Shown here: positions 1-8,087 of the stretch, piece by piece
Position numbering within the stretch: the stretch's first letter is position 1
Layout: the number at the start of each line of letters is the position of its first letter
Origin: a bacterium
Lineage (GTDB): Bacteria; Patescibacteriota; Minisyncoccia; Phycocordibacterales; Phycocordibacteraceae
NCBI GenBank assembly: GCA_021782685.1
Contig: JAJXUQ010000002.1
Coordinates: forward strand, 1 to 30,778
Direction: 5' to 3'
DNA length: 30,778 nt
Made by a program: the position numbers and the translations under genes
The notes under the pieces: generated by a model
Databases searched by the model: none
Told to the model about the DNA's origin: nothing
Seen by the model: only the letters and a program-made list of their open reading frames with translations

Positions 1-1
1 T

Positions 2-139
2 CTCGTGCATGTCTCCGAATTCGAGACTCCGGCGGCGCTCCGCGAGACGCTCGAGCTCGGGAAGACGTATCCTTTCACCATCTCGCTCTTCGAGCCGAAG
101 GAGCAGCGCATGACGCTCACCTTCGCGAAGAAGAAATAA
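2..139 (+). CDS. rpsA: 3' end of an S1-domain protein, probably ribosomal protein bS1 (partial, start outside window)
   Basis: Frame 2 reads LVHVSEFETPAALRETLELGKTYPFTISLFEPKEQRMTLTFAKKK* (TAA 137-139). LVHVSE matches the S1-repeat (G)LVHISE motif. Not in the ORF track. Confidence 0.65.
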   Translation, partial: LVHVSEFETPAALRETLELGKTYPFTISLFEPKEQRMTLTFAKKK

Positions 140-196
140 TCGCGCTTCGCGCGATCATAATGAAGCGAACCCTGCGGCGCCTTACGGCGCTGCAGG
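139..196. terminator. Two hairpins between convergent S1-domain gene and pth, probable bidirectional terminator
   Basis: ATCGCGC-TTC-GCGCGAT (139-155) and CCTGCGGCGCC-TTAC-GGCGCTGCAGG (171-196, one G-U pair), followed by T-rich sequence. Confidence 0.55.
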
Positions 197-237
197 CGTT
201 TCGTATTTGAACAAGGTTAAATCTTGTTACGGCTATC

Positions 238-834
238 CTAGCGCGTATTCGCGAACATGGTCGCGGCTTCGATGCCTTCGGCGGCGAAGAGCTGCGTTGC
301 CTCGACAGATTTCTTGAGCGCCTTCTTGAGGGCGGCTTCTTCAGCCGGCTTGAACTTGCCGATGACGTGCTTGATCACTTTCTCTTCCCCCGAAACCTTT
401 TTCGCCTGATGCCGCTTCCCTGCCGCTGAAATGCCGATGCGAATGCGTGCGAACTCTTTGGTCTTTATGGCGCGCATGATGCTCTCGACGCCCTTGTGCC
501 CGCCGCTCCCGCGTCCGAAGACCATTTTTACAGTGCCCAAAGGAAGATCGAGGTCGTCGTGGATGACGAGGAGGTTTTTTGCCGCCCTTGGGCTCTTCAC
601 GAACGCCGCAACCGCCTTCCCCGAGAGGTTCATCATCGTCTCGGGCAGGACGAGCGTCGCTTTTTCTCCAGCGACCGCGCCTTTCGCAACGAGCGCGTTA
701 CTTGTCTTATTGAAAACGAATTCATCGAAGCTTTCGTCCTTTGCCACGAGCTCCACCGCGCTCCGTCCCGCGTTGTGCCGCGTCTTTTCATACTCTTTTC
801 CCGGGTTCCCGAGTCCGACGATGACGAACGCCAT
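238..834 (-). CDS. pth: Peptidyl-tRNA hydrolase
   Basis: IVGLGNPG..Y..TRHNAG, LPETMMNLSG, VIHDDLDLPLG, GSGGHKG, RIRIGI motifs. Confidence 0.97.
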   Translation of the reverse strand: MAFVIVGLGNPGKEYEKTRHNAGRSAVELVAKDESFDEFVFNKTSNALVAKGAVAGEKATLVLPETMMNLSGKAVAAFVKSPRAAKNLLVIHDDLDLPLGTVKMVFGRGSGGHKGVESIMRAIKTKEFARIRIGISAAGKRHQAKKVSGEEKVIKHVIGKFKPAEEAALKKALKKSVEATQLFAAEGIEAATMFANTR

Positions 835-900
835 TCGAAAATCCTAACATACAAGAAACGATACCCTTGCGCACCGTAACGAACCGCGTACAATGCGCAC

Positions 901-1500
901 ATGTCTGACAATGGAAAGGGTCTTCTGAAGGATCTTTTCACCCTCGCGCTCCTTATCGTGGTCGTGGTCATCCCAATCCGCGCCTTCGTGGTGTCTCCAT
1001 TTGTCGTCGACGGAGAGTCGATGCACCCGACTTTCGAGAATCTCGACTACCTTATCGTCGACGAGCTGGTCTACGACTTCCAGGCGCCGGCACGCGGCGA
1101 TGTCATCGTCTTCCGCTATCCGGGCGATCCTTCCATATTCTATATCAAGCGCATCATCGGGCTGCCGGGCGAAACCGTCTCCATCAATCGCGGCGTCGTC
1201 ACTATCACGACGGTCGCGGGACGCACGTTCACGCTCGCCGAGCCGTATGTCGTAAGCGAAGACGCGACATACACGAAGAGCGTTACGCTCACTTCCGGAG
1301 AATATTTCGTCATGGGCGACAATCGCCCCAATAGCTCCGACAGCCGCGTATGGGGTCCTTTGCCAAGGAAGGACATTATCGGGCGCGTCGACCTACGGCT
1401 CTTGCCGCTCTCAAGAATCGGCTTCTTCCCGGGAGCAGTATCTTATACATCCTCTCCAAGCATAACCGCGCCCACGACAACACCGTTAACGGCACCATGA
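901..1500 (+). CDS. lepB: Signal peptidase I
   Basis: N-terminal TM, GESMHPT (catalytic Ser), YIKRIIGLPGE (catalytic Lys), GDNRPNSSDSR box E. Confidence 0.95.
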   Translation: MSDNGKGLLKDLFTLALLIVVVVIPIRAFVVSPFVVDGESMHPTFENLDYLIVDELVYDFQAPARGDVIVFRYPGDPSIFYIKRIIGLPGETVSINRGVVTITTVAGRTFTLAEPYVVSEDATYTKSVTLTSGEYFVMGDNRPNSSDSRVWGPLPRKDIIGRVDLRLLPLSRIGFFPGAVSYTSSPSITAPTTTPLTAP

Positions 1501-2642
1501 TGCGCGACGTCATTCCGGCGGAAGAACTCTTGAGAAAGACGCGAGCAGTCGGACAATATTACGGCTTCACTCCTCTCGAGACCATTACGGCGAAGACGCG
1601 CGGCGGTGCGCGCAAGAGTGCGGCCTATCCGGAAACACTCGCGAGTCTCACGCTTGATCCTGTGGCCGAGACGGTAACGAGTTTCTTGAGACAGCTTCAG
1701 AATGCCGCCGTCACGCCGACGGCGCGGCAACCGCTCTTCATCTGGCACACGAATATCGCTCCGGGGCGGCCGGCGCAAAAAAAAGCGGTGATACAGTTCC
1801 ACGCGCTCGGCACAGACCGCGCGATCGCGGATGCCGTCATCATCCACGCGCTTCTCGCGCTTTCGCGCGATCTTTTCCATGAGGAGCCCATCATACGCAT
1901 CAACTCCATGGGCGATAAGGAAACCCGGGTGCGCTACGCGCGCGAATTGAGCACGTTCTTCAAGAAACGCGCGAACCTGCTGCCCGAAGAGTGCGTAACC
2001 TGCGCGAAACGCGACGCGTTCGAGGCAGCCGAGCTCGCCATAGCGCGCGAATGCGCGGAAGACCTGCCGGCACCGACCGAATACCTTTCGGATATGAGCC
2101 GGAAACGTTTTGAGGACTTGCTCGAATACCTTGAGATGACCGAAACATCCTATGAGCTTTCCCGCGATCTCTTGAGCCGCGGCAACGTCTGGAGCGATAC
2201 CTGCTTTGAGCTTGTCGCAGGCGGGCGGCGCATCGCGTGGGGTTCGCGCTATAACGATCTCACGCGGCACTTTTTCCCTCACGCGCCCTTTAACGCTATC
2301 GGCGCGGTGCTCCAGGTGGCGAGCAATGGCGGGGTCACCGTGAAGGCAGCGCCCGCGCGGGCGCGCTTTTCGTTCGTGCATATCGGCGACGAGGCGAAAC
2401 GGCTCTCGATACGGCTTGCCGAAGACTTCCGCCGCGCGCATGTCCCCTTGGCGCAGGATATCGGCATCGAATCGCTGACCGAGCAGCTGCATCTCGCCGA
2501 GCGGCGCGAGAGCCCCTACATCCTCATCATGGGGCGCAAGGAAGCGCTCGAAGGTTCCGCGATCCTCCGGAATCGGCAAACGCAGGAAAACACCGTGCTC
2601 CCGCTTTCGGGCCTTGTCGAACGTTTGAAAGCCATATCGTAA
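1497..2642 (+). CDS. Degenerate HisRS-like protein with C-terminal anticodon-binding domain (381 aa)
   Basis: YGFTPLE, RINSMG, SRGNVWSDTCFE, WGSRYNDL and IMGRKEALEG..ILRN line up with the HisRS layout, but signature residues are altered. Start placed at ATG 1497 (ATGA overlap with lepB stop), not 1350. Confidence 0.75.
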   Translation: MMRDVIPAEELLRKTRAVGQYYGFTPLETITAKTRGGARKSAAYPETLASLTLDPVAETVTSFLRQLQNAAVTPTARQPLFIWHTNIAPGRPAQKKAVIQFHALGTDRAIADAVIIHALLALSRDLFHEEPIIRINSMGDKETRVRYARELSTFFKKRANLLPEECVTCAKRDAFEAAELAIARECAEDLPAPTEYLSDMSRKRFEDLLEYLEMTETSYELSRDLLSRGNVWSDTCFELVAGGRRIAWGSRYNDLTRHFFPHAPFNAIGAVLQVASNGGVTVKAAPARARFSFVHIGDEAKRLSIRLAEDFRRAHVPLAQDIGIESLTEQLHLAERRESPYILIMGRKEALEGSAILRNRQTQENTVLPLSGLVERLKAIS

Positions 2643-2715
2643 GGCACCGCGAAGCCGGCCGCTTTATTCCTCTGTAGTAGACAATCGAGGCTCTGTCGTG
2701 GTAGAATCGTTCCAC

Positions 2716-2979
2716 ATGGTAGCCGCCGGCATACGAGTCGAAGTCCGTCGCGGAAAGAACGAGAGTTCTTCCGCGCTTATTCGCCGTTTTACCCGCCGCG
2801 CGCAAGGGCTCGGCCTCGTGCACGAGGTACGCGACCGGCGCTACTGGCAGCGCACCAAATCGAAAAACGTCAATCACAAGCGCGCGCTTATCTCGAAAAT
2901 GCGGCGCGAGAGATATGACGATCTGGTGAAGCTCGGGAAAATCGATCCGGCGGCGCGAAAGACGCGCGGCAAACGCTAG
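2716..2979 (+). CDS. rpsU: 30S ribosomal protein bS21
   Basis: VEVRRGKNESSSALIRRFTRR..GLVHEVRDRRYW, small and basic. ATG 2716 lies 8 nt after TG-G-TAGAAT. Confidence 0.75.
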   Translation: MVAAGIRVEVRRGKNESSSALIRRFTRRAQGLGLVHEVRDRRYWQRTKSKNVNHKRALISKMRRERYDDLVKLGKIDPAARKTRGKR

Positions 2980-2982
2980 CGA

Positions 2983-3462
2983 ATGGCGAGCGTTTCCGTC
3001 AAGAATCTTACGCGGCGCGCTACGGTGCCGCGTTTTGCGTATCGGACGATCTCGGGAACGGTGCTTCCGGACTGGGATATCTCTCTGGTCTTCGTCGGAC
3101 CCGCGAAAGCGCTCTCTTTGAATGAGCGGCTCCGCGACAAGTCTTACATACCGAATGTCCTTTCATACGCTCTCGGGGCACGGAGCGGCGAAATAATCAT
3201 CTGCCTTCGGGAAGCGGAAAAACAAGCTCCGACATACGGGATGAACGAGCGGGAATTCGTACTCTATCTGTTTATCCACGGTTTGCTGCATTTGAAAGGC
3301 TTGGCACATGGCGTTACGATGGAGGAACGCGAACGAAAGCTCTTGGCGCAATTCGCCAAGAGTGCCGTACGCACCCACTCTCATGCCCCGACGCATCGCC
3401 ACCGGAATCGACATCGGCACGTACCAGGTAAAACTGGTCGTCATCGAGGAACTCGCGGATAA
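2983..3462 (+). CDS. ybeY: rRNA maturation endoribonuclease YbeY
   Basis: PNVLSY, GEIIIC and FIHGLLHLKGLAH (H-x3-H-x5-H zinc motif). Confidence 0.88.
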   Translation: MASVSVKNLTRRATVPRFAYRTISGTVLPDWDISLVFVGPAKALSLNERLRDKSYIPNVLSYALGARSGEIIICLREAEKQAPTYGMNEREFVLYLFIHGLLHLKGLAHGVTMEERERKLLAQFAKSAVRTHSHAPTHRHRNRHRHVPGKTGRHRGTRG

Positions 3463-4543
3463 ACGCGCGGGCATGCGCCAGCTGCGCATCCTCGGTACGG
3501 GGCTTGCCGAGAGCAAAGGGCTGCGGCACGGGTACATCGTCAATAAAGAAGAAGTCGTCGCGAGCATCCTCGAGGCGAAACGACAGGCGGAATCCGTCGC
3601 GCGCGTACCTATTCGCTCGGGGTTTCTCGCTATCGGCGGCATTTCGCTCGATGAGGCGCGCGCGACCGGAAGCGTCATCATCTCGCGGGCTGACCAGGAG
3701 ATAACCGCGCTTGATATCGAGAAAGTCGGGAAAGCCGCACGCGAGGCCGCGGCACCTGCCTTCCTTAATCGGTATGTGCTCCACAGCATCCCGCTCGAGT
3801 ACCGCGTCGACGACGCAAAGGTACTAGGCGACCCTGTGGGGATGAAAGGCGTCCGTCTTGAAGCCGAGTATCTTTTCACCACCTGCCTTTCCCAGCACAA
3901 GGACGCGCTCTCGCAGGCGGTCGAAGACGCAGACATAGAAGTCATAGACCAGATGGCATCCCCGCTTGCGGGCTCATACGTGCTCCTCGAAGGGGACCAG
4001 AAGATGAAAGGATGCGTTCTCGCGAATATCGGCGCCGAGACGGCCTCGATCGTCGTCTATGACGAGAATATCCCGATTTCGGTAAAAGTGTTCCCGATGG
4101 GCTCGAGCCACATCACGGATGACATCGCGCTCGGATTCCGCATTTCTCTCGAAGAAGCGGAGCGGGTGAAGATCGGCAGGCTTTCGGGACAAATGTATCC
4201 GCGCAAGAAAGTCGACGATCTCATCGCGAGCCGTCTTGGAACCATGTTCGCGCTCATCGACAAGCACTTGAAATCGCTCGGCCGCCGAGGACCTCTGCCT
4301 GCCGGCATCATCATATCGGGCGGCGGCGCCGGCATCGGCTCCATAAGCGATATCGCGAAAGGATCTCTTAAGCTTCCCGCGCGGCTTGCGGAGTTCCGCC
4401 TCCCTGCCGATACGAAAATCCGCGACGCGACCTGGGCGGTTGCCTACGGCCTCGCGCTGTGGGGGCTTACCGGCGACACGAGCGCTCCGAAAAAGAGCTT
4501 CCGCGACTTCTTCGGGAAGTTCTTTCAGCAATTCCTCCCCTGA
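3383..4543 (+). CDS. ftsA: Cell division protein FtsA (386 aa)
   Basis: GIDIGTYQVK, SKGLRHGYI, ANIGAET, ISGGGAGI and a C-terminal amphipathic helix; directly upstream of ftsZ. Start set at ATG 3383. Confidence 0.93.
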   Translation: MPRRIATGIDIGTYQVKLVVIEELADKRAGMRQLRILGTGLAESKGLRHGYIVNKEEVVASILEAKRQAESVARVPIRSGFLAIGGISLDEARATGSVIISRADQEITALDIEKVGKAAREAAAPAFLNRYVLHSIPLEYRVDDAKVLGDPVGMKGVRLEAEYLFTTCLSQHKDALSQAVEDADIEVIDQMASPLAGSYVLLEGDQKMKGCVLANIGAETASIVVYDENIPISVKVFPMGSSHITDDIALGFRISLEEAERVKIGRLSGQMYPRKKVDDLIASRLGTMFALIDKHLKSLGRRGPLPAGIIISGGGAGIGSISDIAKGSLKLPARLAEFRLPADTKIRDATWAVAYGLALWGLTGDTSAPKKSFRDFFGKFFQQFLP

Positions 4544-4621
4544 AGAGGAATCCGTATTTGAGAAATGTCAATATTTGCATACGGTACGATTCTGTTATCA
4601 TAGCGGGAACACACTTTATAT

Positions 4622-5884
4622 ATGTCGAAACGCGTAGAGCCGGAGATTGAGACTTTCGCACGGATTCGCGTGGTCGGCGTGGGCGGATCGGGCAAGAACG
4701 CGATCAATCACATGATCGAATCGAAAGTCCGCGGCGTCGAATTCATCGCGGTCAACTCCGACGCGCAAGACCTCCACCGCTCGCTCGCGAAACGCAAGAT
4801 ACACATCGGCAAGAACCTCACGCGCGGACTCGGCACCGGCATGAACCCCGAACTCGGCAGGCGCGCCGCCGAGGAAACGCGCCAAGAGATCCAGGAAGCG
4901 CTCTCGGGAAGCGATATGGTCTTCATCACCTGCGGCATGGGCGGCGGTACCGGTACGGGCGCTTCGGCCATCGTAGCGAAAATAGCGAAAGAGGTCGGCG
5001 CGCTCGTCATCGCGGTCGTCACCAAGCCTTTCTCTTTCGAGGGAGCGCAGCGCAAAGACATCGCCGAGCGCGGCCTTGCCGAACTCAAGAAAGAGGTCGA
5101 TGCTTTCATCGTCATCCCGAACGACAAGCTGCTCTCCATCGTCGATATGCAGACTTCGGCGAAAAACGCTTTCGCCCTGTGCGATGAGATCTTGCGCCAA
5201 GCGGTCGAGGGAGTTTCCGACATCATCACGACGCCGGGCGAAATCAACACCGACTTTAACGACATAAAAGCCATCATGGAAGGCGCGGGACCCGCGCTCA
5301 TGGGCATCGGCATCGCCGAAGGCGACGGACGGGCCAAGGAAGCCGCGCAGCAGGCGGTCAACTCTCCGCTCCTCGACGTCTCCATCAAGGGCGCGAAGGG
5401 CATCCTCTTCGTCGTTGCCGGTTCCGACGACCTCGGCATCATGGAAGTGCAGGAGGCTGCGAAAGTCATAAACGAATCCGTCGATAAGAACGCGAAGGTC
5501 ATCTTCGGCATGATGCATGACGAAAAGCTCAAGAAGGGGCAGATCCGCATCATCGTCATCGCAACCGGTTTCCCCGAGAGCGCGGCGCATGCTTCGCACG
5601 GCGGCCTCGAGCGCTCCTTGTTCTCCCTGCCGGCCGAAGGGCGCACGGAAGAACGCGGCCGCATCTATCACGAGATCCTAAAGAGCGACGAGAAGCAGGA
5701 GGGCGAGAAGAACGAAAGCAAGCGCGAATCGAAAAAGAGCGAACCGCTCCTCTCCGTCGAGAAGGAAAAGGAAGAACCCTTGGTAACCGCGACGCCCCAG
5801 AAACGCGAAGAGACCCCGGTGATCCCGGAAGATGACGAGGCATGGGGCGCTATCCCCGCATTCCTGCGCAGACATAAGAAGTAG
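4622..5884 (+). CDS. ftsZ: Cell division protein FtsZ
   Basis: GVGGSG, GMGGGTGTG tubulin signature, NTDFNDI T7 loop, acidic linker, conserved tail IPAFLRR. Confidence 0.99.
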   Translation: MSKRVEPEIETFARIRVVGVGGSGKNAINHMIESKVRGVEFIAVNSDAQDLHRSLAKRKIHIGKNLTRGLGTGMNPELGRRAAEETRQEIQEALSGSDMVFITCGMGGGTGTGASAIVAKIAKEVGALVIAVVTKPFSFEGAQRKDIAERGLAELKKEVDAFIVIPNDKLLSIVDMQTSAKNAFALCDEILRQAVEGVSDIITTPGEINTDFNDIKAIMEGAGPALMGIGIAEGDGRAKEAAQQAVNSPLLDVSIKGAKGILFVVAGSDDLGIMEVQEAAKVINESVDKNAKVIFGMMHDEKLKKGQIRIIVIATGFPESAAHASHGGLERSLFSLPAEGRTEERGRIYHEILKSDEKQEGEKNESKRESKKSEPLLSVEKEKEEPLVTATPQKREETPVIPEDDEAWGAIPAFLRRHKK

Positions 5885-5982
5885 CTTCGCGACGCCGGTC
5901 GTGGTATACGTTTATCCGGAGAAGGAGAAAGCGGCTCTTCTGCTGATGCCTTCATTTTGTCCTATCTGCAAGGAGGAATGTC

Positions 5983-6690
5983 ATGGATTCAGAAACGGAG
6001 AAACGCCCGAAGCCATTGGCGACGGACGGTATCAGTATCGTTGCGCGCGTGAGGAGAAGAAGCGCTCTGCCCGGACATCCGAGCATCGCGCTCGGCTGGA
6101 AACTGTCCGACAGGGAGCTGCTGCAATTTACCGCGGAAAAAATCAGGCAAAAGAGGATCCTGAGGATGCTCGTGACCTATTGGTCTGACAACAAGGAGGA
6201 TGCCGTGCAGCGGACGATAGTCAGGCGTCTTAACGGTAAGGAATTCGTTCTCACCTGCCATTCGTCAGGGAAGCTTCGGGTGAAGTGTTGCCTCGTTGTC
6301 GGTACGCGGTACCGTATGCGCGGCCTCGAAGACTATTTTCTTTCCCGAAAGGAAGACTTCTCTTCTTACAGATATCCCGCTACAGAAATCGATGCTGCGT
6401 GTCGATGCGGCGATAAGCTCGGCGATAGCGACACATACGTCATCGCGACCGGATGTGTTGCAGTGGACATAGACGGCGGACTCTTCAGAAGCCCGGCGGA
6501 TTGGGAATTCGTGAACAGCAGATACGCCCTCCCGCCCCAAAATCGCCTCGCCTTCTGGAGACGACGAGCAGCGGTATACCTCGTGCGCCCCCTTCGGAAA
6601 GCCTATAGATTCCTCAAGGAGAACTCCGAGAAACTCAAACTCCGGCGGCTTGAGAGGAACATACGGCAATTCGAGGAAAGAAGAGGATGA
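5983..6690 (+). CDS. Hypothetical protein (235 aa; start ambiguous, alternative ATG 6166)
   Basis: Long ORF with AGGAGG 6 nt before ATG 5983 and its own downstream terminator. No family recognised. Confidence 0.6.
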   Translation: MDSETEKRPKPLATDGISIVARVRRRSALPGHPSIALGWKLSDRELLQFTAEKIRQKRILRMLVTYWSDNKEDAVQRTIVRRLNGKEFVLTCHSSGKLRVKCCLVVGTRYRMRGLEDYFLSRKEDFSSYRYPATEIDAACRCGDKLGDSDTYVIATGCVAVDIDGGLFRSPADWEFVNSRYALPPQNRLAFWRRRAAVYLVRPLRKAYRFLKENSEKLKLRRLERNIRQFEERRG

Positions 6691-6714
6691 TAAACCAACA
6701 ATACGCATTACATT

Positions 6715-6741
6715 AAAAGCCTTCGCTCCGCGAAGGCTTTT
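6715..6741 (+). terminator. Intrinsic terminator
   Basis: AAAAGCCTTCGC-TCC-GCGAAGGCTTTT, perfect 12-bp stem after the 5983-6690 ORF. Confidence 0.75.
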
Positions 6742-6798
6742 CCTATATATATATAATACCGTCTTGCGACTCACGAACCTATGCTTCATACTGCATGT

Positions 6799-7722
6799 AT
6801 GAATGACCTCATCATCATCGGCGGCGGACCGGCAGGCGTTGCGGCGGGCGTATACGCGGCGCGCAAACGGCTGAAGACCGTCCTCGTCGCGGAAGAGATC
6901 GGCGGACAATCGACCGTCTCGGACAACATCGAGAACTGGATCGGGAAAACGGGAATAAGCGGCGCGGATCTCGCGAAATCGTTCCAGACGCATCTGGAGG
7001 CGTTGAAGGGCGATAACGTAACGCTCGCGCTCGGTGAAAGAGTCGTCTCACTCGAAAAGAGCGCGGAAGGATTTGCGATAAAAACGAGAACGGGGAAAGA
7101 GTATTTCTCGAAAGCGGTGCTTGTCGCTTCCGGCGCCAGCCGTCGGAAACTCGCCATTCCCGGCGCGGAAAAGTTCGAGAACAAGGGCGTCACGTACTGC
7201 GCCTCCTGCGACGGCCCCCTCTTCGCCGATCAGGACGTCGCGGTCATCGGCGGCGGCAATGCCGGCTTCGAGACTGCGCTGCAGCTTCTCGCTTACGCGA
7301 AGTCCGTCACGCTCATCCACCGGCATAAAGAATTCAAGGCCGATCCGGTCACGGTCGAGAAAGCGAGCATGCACCCGAATATACGCGTTATCCGGCATGC
7401 CGAACCGACCGAGGTCACGGGCGAACAGTTCGTAACCGGCCTTACCTATACGGACAAAGATTCGGGCGAGACGAAAGATATCGCCGTCACCGGTATCTTT
7501 GTCGAGGCGGGCGTCATCCCGAATACCGACTTTGCCGAAGGCATCGTCGAGCTCGACGCGATAAAGCGCGTGAAAGTCGATCCTCGCACGCAACGGACAA
7601 ACATCGACGGCCTCTGGGCTGCGGGCGACTGCACCGATGAGCTCTATCACCAGAACAACATCGCCGCAGGAGACGGCGTGAAAGCGCTCGAAGACATCTA
7701 CCTCTGGATAAAGAAGCAGTAA
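6799..7722 (+). CDS. trxB: Thioredoxin-disulfide reductase family flavoprotein (TrxB/AhpF C-terminal type, 307 aa)
   Basis: IIGGGPAG FAD motif, YCASCDG redox CxxC, VIGGGNAG NAD(P)H motif, AAGDCT. Start set at ATG 6799. Confidence 0.9.
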   Translation: MNDLIIIGGGPAGVAAGVYAARKRLKTVLVAEEIGGQSTVSDNIENWIGKTGISGADLAKSFQTHLEALKGDNVTLALGERVVSLEKSAEGFAIKTRTGKEYFSKAVLVASGASRRKLAIPGAEKFENKGVTYCASCDGPLFADQDVAVIGGGNAGFETALQLLAYAKSVTLIHRHKEFKADPVTVEKASMHPNIRVIRHAEPTEVTGEQFVTGLTYTDKDSGETKDIAVTGIFVEAGVIPNTDFAEGIVELDAIKRVKVDPRTQRTNIDGLWAAGDCTDELYHQNNIAAGDGVKALEDIYLWIKKQ

Positions 7723-7726
7723 CCGT

Positions 7727-7765
7727 AGAAAAACAGTCCGCGCTTTTGGCGCGGACTGTTTTTCT
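7727..7765. terminator. Bidirectional intrinsic terminator
   Basis: Perfect 17-bp stem AGAAAAACAGTCCGCGC / GCGCGGACTGTTTTTCT with 5-nt loop, between convergent genes. Confidence 0.85.
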
Positions 7766-7787
7766 CAAAACTCAAGACAAGGGGAAC

Positions 7788-7904
7788 TTATGCGGCGGCT
7801 TCCTCGGAAGTCTCGGGGGTCTCCGGCATCGCTTCCGGCGCAACCATTCCCTCTTCGTTCGGCATCGTCGGCTCTGCAGCCGGCATTGCGGTATCCTGAT
7901 CCAT
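7788..7904 (-). CDS. Small acidic Pro/Ala/Glu-rich protein (38 aa)
   Basis: MDQDTAMPAAEPTMPNEEGMVAPEAMPETPETSEEAAA*. Host-like codon usage; ends 22 nt before the 7727-7765 terminator. Below the ORF-track cutoff. Confidence 0.6.
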   Translation of the reverse strand: MDQDTAMPAAEPTMPNEEGMVAPEAMPETPETSEEAAA

Positions 7905-8087
7905 TTGGATTTAGTGGCACGGGCTTGTCTTCTTCTCGTATGAGAAAAAACAAACCCATCCCAGTAGATTAGCTGGCAATGGGTTTCGACCTACGTGTAT
8001 AGGATAGTACATGCAGGCCGGATTCACAAGTACCGATGCCAATGACGGGGGATTAAATATGCGACGCGGTATGTTAAGGTAAATTTC

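Noticed and set aside
6744-6757. (TA)n run ending in TATAAT
   Set aside because: Short low-complexity tract after a terminator with no matching -35; not enough to call a promoter or repeat locus.
7765-7959. 64-aa minus-strand ORF in the track
   Set aside because: It starts inside the leader hairpins and ends in the terminator. The 38-aa frame (7904-7788) has more plausible composition and placement.
7950-8030. Possible c-di-GMP-I riboswitch (GGTCGAAACC resembles GGCAAACC)
   Set aside because: No GAAA tetraloop/receptor or GCAAAG junction is visible.
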